From assembly GCA_046718985.1 (NCBI GenBank), contig JBDNDT010000001.1:1-27707 (forward strand): a DNA stretch of 27,707 nucleotides. Direction: 5' to 3'. This DNA is from Cytophagales bacterium (GTDB lineage: Bacteria; Bacteroidota; Bacteroidia; Cytophagales; UBA9547). Each line of letters starts with the position of its first letter. Position 1 is the first letter of the stretch. Positions 8,108-15,368 of this stretch are shown piece by piece. The notes under the pieces were generated by a model. It did not search any database. It was not told the DNA's origin and worked only from the letters and a program-made list of their open reading frames with translations. The position numbers and the translations under genes were made by a program.

Positions 8108-10105
8108 TTATTGACACTTTTGCCATTTTATTAATTGAAAATTGCCTTTTAAATCTGTTAAACGAATTAAATAAAGCCCCTTGTCAACCATTGGTAGTAC
8201 AAAAGAACTCTCATTATCTGACAGTATCTGTTGCTCTAAAATCTTATTTCCTGTTATAGCGACCACCTCCAAATTAATCGCTTCTCTTGTGTTTAACACT
8301 AGCTTGTCATTATGCACAAAAGCATCAAAACTTTTTGGATTTGACAAACCTAGGTGCAATGTTTTACTATATGTAAACTTATCATTATAAACAGCCACAA
8401 CCCTAACATACTTTTCTTGCTTTCCAATTCGGTGATAGTATGTTAATAGACCATTAAATGTTACTATTTCACCCGACCTAAAATCTTTACCTTCTTCTGT
8501 GGCATGTTGAATCAAAAAATATTTCAGCCCCTCTGTTTTCTTTATGTTCCATTTCAACAGGTCTGACTCTATTTCAATTTCAAATTCATCCTCAGATAGT
8601 ATAATCAGTTCAGATGCAATTATACATGATGTAAAATTCCGTTCTTCTCCTGTGTTTGGACTCAAAACCATCACTCCGTCACCATCAATATTACCATTTC
8701 CTAAAGAAATTGTGCTATTTACAATCAACTCACCTGCATTTGCAGCGCCTAATGCCAAACTGTGCACGTTGGAGTAATCAGTACAATAAGAAGAAACACC
8801 ATCAAATGACATAGACAAAGTATGGACACCACTATTATACATTGATCCTGAACCACCGGTGTTATTAGTGGCTACTAAATAAACATCAAATCCGTAATCA
8901 CAAAAAACAGAAAAATCAATAGGATACACATCAGAAGCATCAAGGTTAGCTGAAACACCGGAAAAGACTATTACATAAGCGTTTTCAGGAATAATGCCAT
9001 TGGCAGGCACATTTTTCAAAGGGCTGCAATTCGGCTCGGGAGCTGCCATACTGATGCTGTTATACCTATTTAATCTTTTGCTATCATTCACCAATCTTTG
9101 CATTTGAGTTGCGTTGCAATTTGTTGTATTACAGTTTCCTGAATAAGGTATTCCTGATGCCGGTTCATCAAAAGCATTGTAAACAATTCCATATTCTCTG
9201 TCACTCCATGAAAACCTTAAACTATCAAGTTGGAAAGGTTCAGAGCCTGTTTTGAACAACAACCACTCATTCTTAATTTCAGACCCTCCACATGAATTTG
9301 ACAAAAAGGCTACTAATTTTGGACAAGACTCGATTGATTTATTGGCCAAATTATACCCACCCATTCGTTCAAGTTCGGTTTCGGACAAAGATCTGTTATA
9401 CATTGCAACAGATGATACATAAATTGGATTGTCATCTCCATTATCATCTGCAAAAAGCAAAACCGAAGGATTTGTAGCTGAACTAGGATACAAAGATATT
9501 CTTCCATTTAAAGCAACTCCTGTTGTGTAAGTATGGATTAAATGACCATCAATATACAGTTTTACATGTTCACCCAATTTGGCAACAAACGCAATCCTAT
9601 ACCATTGATCCTGAATCAATCTCCTTGAAGACAAAGGTGTTGTCGCTCCACCCATCCATGGAAATCCATTGCCGTTAACTGCAAAATCAACATCGTTTGA
9701 ATTGGTGTTGCTTGTTTGCAAAAGAGAATAAAAACCATTGTTAGTTTGACCATTAAAAAGGTTGAATTCAGGGAATTTAACGTCATATACTATAGTGAAT
9801 TCGTTAGTAAATGTTGTGCTGCCACCGTTGGCAGGAACAGGGTTGGCAAATCTCAAATAAGAACCTTTTGGCACTATCACAGCTTTATCGTCGCTGTACC
9901 CTGCTGCACTAACCACAGAAAGACTTCCGGTTCCTACAAATTCCAAGTTTGGCCCTATTGTCGATTTCAACAAATCTGTTACGTCGTTGAAATCCCAAAG
10001 CGCTACCCTTCCTGGTATGTCATTAAAATCTTTTAGTTGGTCATACAAGGGTGTTTGTGCAATCATTAAAGAACAAGTGAAATAACACAATATATGTCGT
10101 ATCAT
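8108..10105 (-). CDS. Secreted protein with N-terminal LamG-like domain, Cys-containing middle domain and degenerate T9SS-type C-terminus
   Basis: Short signal peptide; ConA/LamG-like pattern (ALWDFN...NEFTIVYDVK...QWYRIAFV...KLYIDG...LLFADDNG...AMYNRSLS); eight Cys in the middle region; C-terminal LLKWN...YFLIQHA...YSKTL module and VDKGLYLIRL resembling a T9SS cargo tail. Confidence 0.72.
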   Translation of the reverse strand: MIRHILCYFTCSLMIAQTPLYDQLKDFNDIPGRVALWDFNDVTDLLKSTIGPNLEFVGTGSLSVVSAAGYSDDKAVIVPKGSYLRFANPVPANGGSTTFTNEFTIVYDVKFPEFNLFNGQTNNGFYSLLQTSNTNSNDVDFAVNGNGFPWMGGATTPLSSRRLIQDQWYRIAFVAKLGEHVKLYIDGHLIHTYTTGVALNGRISLYPSSATNPSVLLFADDNGDDNPIYVSSVAMYNRSLSETELERMGGYNLANKSIESCPKLVAFLSNSCGGSEIKNEWLLFKTGSEPFQLDSLRFSWSDREYGIVYNAFDEPASGIPYSGNCNTTNCNATQMQRLVNDSKRLNRYNSISMAAPEPNCSPLKNVPANGIIPENAYVIVFSGVSANLDASDVYPIDFSVFCDYGFDVYLVATNNTGGSGSMYNSGVHTLSMSFDGVSSYCTDYSNVHSLALGAANAGELIVNSTISLGNGNIDGDGVMVLSPNTGEERNFTSCIIASELIILSEDEFEIEIESDLLKWNIKKTEGLKYFLIQHATEEGKDFRSGEIVTFNGLLTYYHRIGKQEKYVRVVAVYNDKFTYSKTLHLGLSNPKSFDAFVHNDKLVLNTREAINLEVVAITGNKILEQQILSDNESSFVLPMVDKGLYLIRLTDLKGNFQLIKWQKCQ

Positions 10106-10128
10106 AAATCAGTTGGAAGATTATGGCG

Positions 10129-10195
10129 CAAAAGTAATTTCCAAATATTAACTCATTATTAACTATATGTTAAAATTATTTACTATTTGTAAATT
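10129..10195 (-). promoter_or_regulatory. Bacteroidota sigma-70 promoter with upstream repeat/operator
   Basis: Minus-strand TACTTTTG (10136-10129) matches the TAnnTTTG -7 consensus. TTAAYA half-sites start at 10173, 10162 and 10151 (11-bp period), and the palindrome TTAACTATATGTTAA lies at 10159-10173. Confidence 0.65.
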
Positions 10196-10268
10196 TCTGT
10201 ACTTCAAAAAGAATATGCAAAACCTCCATAGCTGATTTTAAATAAGTATGAGATAGTAAATATGAAAC

Positions 10269-10305
10269 AAAAAAGGCTATAATTTCATTATAAGAAAGTA
10301 TAGCC
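10269..10305 (-). terminator. Intrinsic terminator downstream of the PhnX-like gene
   Basis: Minus strand reads GGCTATA-C-TTTC-TTATAAT-GAAA-T-TATAGCC followed by TTTTTT, about 25 bp after the stop at 10331. Confidence 0.65.
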
Positions 10306-10330
10306 AACATATAAGACTGAACAATATGCT

Positions 10331-11083
10331 TTAACAGACTTGCAACTCCATTTGTTCTGTATTTAGCAAGCTTATCAGTTCATACAAACTTCCCAACAAC
10401 CCATCATTAGGATATGGCATTAGCAATTCTCTCGTATGTGTTCCATTGGTGATACCGAGTGTCAAAAAACATCCCGCGGCTTTACCTGATTGCAAATCAG
10501 AAGGGGTATCTCCTATGCTAATCACCTTTGAAGAATCATCAATTCCAAAAATATCCATGGCCTTTAGAATCATATCGGGAAAAGGTCTCCCCCTTTTCAC
10601 TTCATCTCCTGCTATTGACAAATCAATAAAAGAGTTTCCTATACTTTTATAATTTTTATCCAAACCTTTGAGCCAACCCAGTTTTCGAAGAATTATATCT
10701 GTTACTTCTCTATAAAAACCAGTCGTTAAGGCTATTTTAATACCATTTAACCTCAAAAACGAAAAAAGCTCCAAACATCCTTCTGTCGGCACAATTTCTG
10801 ATGTGTTATAATGATCTTCAAGAATAGATTTGAATACAGCATAAGAATGATCCACTCTTTCGGTTACCATTTCTATTGGCAAGCCTAATTTTTCAGACCA
10901 AAGCACCTCAAAAACATACCTTTTAGACCAACCTTGGACTGATTTAATTCTTTCAGCCGACAAACTTAATCCGGTTTGCTCACAAGCTTTAGCAAAACAA
11001 CCTTCAACCTCAGAATTGTCTCTAACGGTAGTCCCCGCCATGTCCAGCACTACAAGAGAGATGTTTTCAATAATTTTACCCAT
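10331..11083 (-). CDS. phnX: PhnX-like HAD phosphonatase (phosphonoacetaldehyde hydrolase-like, TIGR03351-type)
   Basis: HAD motif I DMAGT, cap motif QGWSK with Lys at the Schiff-base position, motif II LTTGF, motif III GRPFPDMI, motif IV GDTPSDLQSGKAAG. The ATG at 11083 is preferred over the TTG at 11101. Substrate is inferred. Confidence 0.8.
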   Translation of the reverse strand: MGKIIENISLVVLDMAGTTVRDNSEVEGCFAKACEQTGLSLSAERIKSVQGWSKRYVFEVLWSEKLGLPIEMVTERVDHSYAVFKSILEDHYNTSEIVPTEGCLELFSFLRLNGIKIALTTGFYREVTDIILRKLGWLKGLDKNYKSIGNSFIDLSIAGDEVKRGRPFPDMILKAMDIFGIDDSSKVISIGDTPSDLQSGKAAGCFLTLGITNGTHTRELLMPYPNDGLLGSLYELISLLNTEQMELQVC

Positions 11084-11134
11084 TTTAAAGTAACTATTCA
11101 AATATTCTTAAAATTTACAATATCATATTGTTTA

Positions 11135-11142
11135 CAAATGTA
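11135..11142 (-). promoter_or_regulatory. -7 promoter element for the phnX-like gene
   Basis: Minus-strand TACATTTG matches TAnnTTTG about 50 bp upstream of the ATG at 11083, divergent from the DUF5690 promoter. Confidence 0.5.
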
Positions 11143-11181
11143 TAAGAAATTTTCGAAAAAAGTTTACTATTAGTTAAATAC

Positions 11182-11226
11182 TTAACAATATGTTAACATT
11201 TAAATATCTTTCTTGCGCTATATTTG
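11182..11226 (+). promoter_or_regulatory. Promoter/operator for the DUF5690-oxidoreductase operon
   Basis: TATATTTG (-7) at 11219-11226; TTAACA at 11182 and 11193 (11 bp apart); palindrome TTAACAATATGTTAA at 11182-11196. Confidence 0.68.
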
Positions 11227-11243
11227 CAACAATATTCCATATT

Positions 11244-12572
11244 ATGAAAATAAAAAAGACACTCTCAACAAATGAATACCTATTCAGCATTTGGTGCATA
11301 ATAGCTTCATTTGGAACTTATTTCTGCATGTATGCTTTCAGAAAACCCTTTAACTCTGCAAGCTATGAAGGGTATTATTTCTTAGGAATGGGTTATAAAT
11401 CAGTTCTTATCATTTCCCAAGTTTTAGGATATATGATTTCAAAGTTTACCGGAGTGAAAGTCATTTCTGAATTAAAAGCAAAATCTCGTAGTAGAGTTAT
11501 AACTGTTTTAGTTGTTTCATCATATTTGCCCCTTGTTCTGTTTGCTTTCGTACCCACTCCATATCATTTAATATGCTTGTTTTTAAACGGTCTTCCTTTG
11601 GGGATGGTATTTGGGGTGGTGTTTAGTTACCTAGAAGGTCGGAGACTTACCGAATTAATAGTAAGCGGACTGACAATTAGCATCATTTTCTCTTCTAGTA
11701 TTCTCAAATCAATAGCTCAATACCTGATTCAAGTGGTCGGAGTGAATGAATTTAGCATGCCTATGGTGACTGCCAGTATATTCTTGCCTTTATTTTTTGG
11801 TTTTGTGTGGATGCTTGAGCAAATCCCGGCTCCTAATAACGAAGATATTGCTCTCAAAACCATAAGAGAACCTATGAGTAACAGAGAAAAAATAGAAATG
11901 TTAGCTAAGTATGGTATGGGAATTTTTCTGCTTTGTTTCAGCTATATATTGCTAACGGTGTGCCGCGATTTTAGAGATAATTTTGGGGTTGAGATTTGGA
12001 GCGAACTAGGATATGGGAATCATTCAGAAATTTACGCATTAGGGGAAATGCCTGTTGGTTTAATTACACTTTTGGGTTTGATGTACCTTTCAACCATTAA
12101 AAACAACATTAAAGGATTTAATCAAAGTTTATATTTTATTTTGACTGGTGGTCTGGTTTTGGGATGTAGTACTTTAATGTTTAAAATTGGATTAATTACT
12201 CCTCTTGTTTGGATGATCACTGCCGGAAGTGGACTGTTTTTTGCCTATACTCCTTTGCAATCTGTGGTCTTTGACCGATTGATAGCTTTGTTTAAAATGA
12301 AAGGCAACGCCGGTTTTTTGATATATATATGTGATTCTACAGGTTATATGTTTAGTGTAGCACTTCTATTGGGCAAAGAATGGATTAATTACAGCGACTC
12401 TTGGTCAATTCTCTTTGTTAATATCTGTCTATTCACATCATTTGGTGTATTAGCCTCTGTATTTATGGCGATTTTGTTTTTCAGTTTTAAAAAAAAGTGG
12501 CAACTGCTTTATGAGAACATTCACAAAAAAGATATCAAAAATTTAATTATTCATTTATCAAAACAATCTTAA
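11244..12572 (+). CDS. DUF5690-family MFS-like permease, putative phosphonate/organophosphate transporter
   Basis: Multiple hydrophobic TM segments in two halves; N-terminal FGTYFCMYAFRKPF and C-half RDFRDNF, recalled as typical of DUF5690. The start is moved to ATG 11244 because the -7 promoter element lies downstream of the ORF-track ATG at 11190. Confidence 0.8.
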   Translation: MKIKKTLSTNEYLFSIWCIIASFGTYFCMYAFRKPFNSASYEGYYFLGMGYKSVLIISQVLGYMISKFTGVKVISELKAKSRSRVITVLVVSSYLPLVLFAFVPTPYHLICLFLNGLPLGMVFGVVFSYLEGRRLTELIVSGLTISIIFSSSILKSIAQYLIQVVGVNEFSMPMVTASIFLPLFFGFVWMLEQIPAPNNEDIALKTIREPMSNREKIEMLAKYGMGIFLLCFSYILLTVCRDFRDNFGVEIWSELGYGNHSEIYALGEMPVGLITLLGLMYLSTIKNNIKGFNQSLYFILTGGLVLGCSTLMFKIGLITPLVWMITAGSGLFFAYTPLQSVVFDRLIALFKMKGNAGFLIYICDSTGYMFSVALLLGKEWINYSDSWSILFVNICLFTSFGVLASVFMAILFFSFKKKWQLLYENIHKKDIKNLIIHLSKQS

Positions 12573-12575
12573 AAA

Positions 12576-13733
12576 ATGACTAAAAAAGACTTATGTATAG
12601 TTGGTGGAGGAATATTAGGAACCGCTCATGCCTATCACGCTTTGGAAAAAGGACTGAGTGTAACACTTATAGAAAGGGAGGGTGCGCCGGTTCAATCATC
12701 AACTATGAATTTTGGACAGGTTGTGCCATCTGGTCAAACAGGCATTTGGAGAACCTATGGCAAGAGAAGTGTGGAGATTTATAAGCATATTCAGAAACAA
12801 GGCAACATCCACATCTCATCTTTTGGATCTTACTATTTGGCTGAAACAGAAGGAGAGCAAGCAGTGCTAGAAGAATTTATGCCTAAATTGATTGAGGAAG
12901 GTTTTGATGTGTCAATTCTTAGCACTAATGAACTTTGTGAAAAAATTCCATTTCTAAAAAAAGATTATGCAAAAATAGGAATCTTTGTTTCAGATGAGGT
13001 GTCTGCAGAACCCCGAAAAACAGTAAAAGCCATTCAAGATTTTTTGGTTGAAAAACATCCTCAATTGTTTAATATTGAATATCTCAACACTGCCATTCAT
13101 GTGGAGCAGACTAACAATGCCTCTATTGTGAAAACAGCAAAAGGGCAATCACATGAAGCAGAAAAAATCATAATCTGCACCGGAAGAGATTATTACACCC
13201 TGTTTCCTGAACTATACGCCCAATCAGGTTTAATAGTGAGTAAGCTCAATATGATGCGAACCCTACCTATCACCACTCACACAATAAAAGGAAATCTGCT
13301 CACCGGCACCACCATTCGCAGATATGATGGTTTTAAAGAAACCAAAGCCTACCATTTACTGGAAAAAGCTCCTAGATATGAGATTTTAAAAGAGTTAGGT
13401 ATTCATATTCTTTTTAAACAAGGTGCTGATGGCTCAATAATTATTGGCGATTCACATGAATATGCGCCTGCCAATGAAACCTACAAGCTTGACTTTGAGG
13501 TGAGGATGGACATGGCAAATGTTATCATCAATGAAGCCCAAAAAGTTCTTGATTTACCTTCGTGGGAAATGACAAGCCATTGGGCAGGTTTTTATGCACA
13601 ACATGAAACTAAAGAAGTATTTGAAAGAAGTATTAGCGATCGCATTCACATAGTCACTGGAATTGGCGGCAAAGGCATGACAACAAGTCTTGGTTTTGCA
13701 GAAAATTCTTTAGAGAAAATATTGAATACTTAA
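12576..13733 (+). CDS. FAD-dependent oxidoreductase, DAO/TIGR03364-type (phosphonate-cluster associated)
   Basis: Rossmann motif IVGGGILG...LIER; family-like SSTMNFGQVVPSG; IIGDSHEY; C-terminal VTGIGGKGMT; sits 3 bp after the DUF5690 stop. Confidence 0.85.
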   Translation: MTKKDLCIVGGGILGTAHAYHALEKGLSVTLIEREGAPVQSSTMNFGQVVPSGQTGIWRTYGKRSVEIYKHIQKQGNIHISSFGSYYLAETEGEQAVLEEFMPKLIEEGFDVSILSTNELCEKIPFLKKDYAKIGIFVSDEVSAEPRKTVKAIQDFLVEKHPQLFNIEYLNTAIHVEQTNNASIVKTAKGQSHEAEKIIICTGRDYYTLFPELYAQSGLIVSKLNMMRTLPITTHTIKGNLLTGTTIRRYDGFKETKAYHLLEKAPRYEILKELGIHILFKQGADGSIIIGDSHEYAPANETYKLDFEVRMDMANVIINEAQKVLDLPSWEMTSHWAGFYAQHETKEVFERSISDRIHIVTGIGGKGMTTSLGFAENSLEKILNT

Positions 13734-13756
13734 AAAAGGGCTTTTAGGCCCTTTTT
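13733..13756. terminator. Bidirectional intrinsic terminator
   Basis: AAAAAGGGC-TTTTAG-GCCCTTTTT perfect 9-bp stem between the convergent oxidoreductase and XRE genes, touching both stop codons. Confidence 0.8.
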
Positions 13757-14336
13757 ATTCTTGGTTTATGAAATAAATTTTGAACATCATTGCTTCAATA
13801 TCATTTTTGTTTTCAACAGAGTGAGGAATATTGCCATCAAAATATAAAGTATCACCTTTTTCTAATCTTATTTGTTCATTCCCTATTCCATAATAAACAG
13901 AACCTGACAAGACATGCACCAGCTCCATACCATTCGTGCTAAGTGGTTCACGGTAAACATTTGGATTTATAGTTACAATATTTGCTCTTATATTGATTTT
14001 GTTCACAAAAGTTGAAACTAATGATCTATAAACTAGGCCTTTGGAATCTTCCCTAGTTTCTATCATGCCTTGGTCTTTTCTAACCAGCAAATATTCTGTT
14101 TTTGCAACAACATTTGTGTTCACATCCTCAACCAAATCAGCCAAATTTACTTCTAAAGCTTTGCTGATGCTTAGCAAAACCGGTAATGAGGGCATTGTTC
14201 TGAAATTTTCTATCTTAGACAATAAACCCATTGAAATATTAGCACCTTCTGCAACTGTCTTCATGTTGAGGCCTTTAGCTTTTCTTATTTCGTTTATTTT
14301 TTTGCCTATAAACCCCAATGATGATTCTTTTTCCAT
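13755..14336 (-). CDS. XRE-family HTH transcriptional regulator with C-terminal cupin domain
   Basis: IGKKINEIRKAKGLNMKTVAEGANISMGLLSKIEN...PSL HTH; cupin ELVHVLSG...LEKGDTLYFDGNIPHS. Confidence 0.92.
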   Translation of the reverse strand: MEKESSLGFIGKKINEIRKAKGLNMKTVAEGANISMGLLSKIENFRTMPSLPVLLSISKALEVNLADLVEDVNTNVVAKTEYLLVRKDQGMIETREDSKGLVYRSLVSTFVNKINIRANIVTINPNVYREPLSTNGMELVHVLSGSVYYGIGNEQIRLEKGDTLYFDGNIPHSVENKNDIEAMMFKIYFINQE

Positions 14337-14367
14337 CTTTATTGCGCAATTCTTGATATGAAGCTGG

Positions 14368-14375
14368 CAAAGCTA
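14368..14375 (-). promoter_or_regulatory. -7 promoter element for the XRE regulator
   Basis: Minus-strand TAGCTTTG matches TAnnTTTG about 30 bp upstream of the ATG at 14336. Confidence 0.5.
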
Positions 14376-14573
14376 GTAAATTAATCAAAAAGCTTGACAA
14401 CAGAAGAAGTAAAGTTTGAGCTATTTATCTCTAATTTTTTTAGCGAATCACATTTTGAATATATTGAAACTCACTATAAATGTGCTTCTTGAAGAAAATA
14501 CTTGTCAAATTATTTTTGCGTTGATAAACAATTAAAATCAAATACAATTCACTCAATGGTTTCAAACAATATA

Positions 14574-15368
14574 TCAAAACGAAAACTTATATTGTCTCTT
14601 GTTTCTGCTGAGGATATCACAAAATAAATAAAAAAACGGACCGTTTGAAATGTCTATTTGTCGGTTATTTGTCCTCATGTTATATTGATGAATATAACCA
14701 ATTTCTATTCGTGTCCAATCCCAGAATCGATAGCCGAGACCAACATAATTTCTCGATTGAGAAAAATAATTAGTCCCATAGTTTTTTCCGAATTCTATAT
14801 GAACTTCTGAATAAGTTGATAGATAAATGGTGTTGTTTTTGTAAAAATAATCAGAGTTCAATGGAGTTCTTAATCTCAATCTATATCTGAATCTAAAATT
14901 ATGCACAGCGCCATCAGGCAAATCAATTCCACGCCAACGAGATTCGAACCTGAGTCGATGGGTAAAATTGTGCCTTCCAAAATATACATAATTGTTGATT
15001 TGAAGTGTTGATCTCAATTCTCTTTCAAATGAACGACCAAAATCATTTTCTTGTGGAAACCTAGGTGCTGACATAACCATAGCAATGGGGTTAAAATGAA
15101 TTCTGGTATATTTTGTTGCTTGATATGCAATCCACAACCTCATACTAAACCTGAGAGGATGTTTCCATAAATCATATTGACCTAGTTCGCTTTGCCTTCT
15201 ATAAACCACATCAATTTCCCAAGCCCATTTGGTTGAATCATTGAAAAAGTCAGCGATGGTATATTTTGTGTACATCACCTTGTTGTTTAGAAACTCTCTA
15301 CTTTGTGAGAAAGCATCTTGCTGGAGTGAGCAAGCCAAAAATAATATCAAAACGATCTGATTTCTCAT
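14574..15368 (-). CDS. Outer-membrane beta-barrel protein, DUF2490-like
   Basis: Signal peptide; alternating aromatic beta-strands; HRLRFESRW and FRFRYRLRLRTPL; SRNYVGLGY...IEIGYIHQY; terminal Phe. Confidence 0.72.
   Translation of the reverse strand: MRNQIVLILFLACSLQQDAFSQSREFLNNKVMYTKYTIADFFNDSTKWAWEIDVVYRRQSELGQYDLWKHPLRFSMRLWIAYQATKYTRIHFNPIAMVMSAPRFPQENDFGRSFERELRSTLQINNYVYFGRHNFTHRLRFESRWRGIDLPDGAVHNFRFRYRLRLRTPLNSDYFYKNNTIYLSTYSEVHIEFGKNYGTNYFSQSRNYVGLGYRFWDWTRIEIGYIHQYNMRTNNRQIDISNGPFFYLFCDILSRNKRQYKFSF

Noticed and set aside
11190-11243. ORF-track N-terminal extension of the DUF5690 gene
   Set aside because: The ATG at 11190 lies inside the operator and upstream of the -7 promoter element, so it would not be on the transcript.
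14341-14350. Perfect palindrome ATTGCGCAAT just upstream of the XRE start
   Set aside because: It is a single 10-bp occurrence with no second copy found in the locus promoters, so it cannot be supported as an operator.
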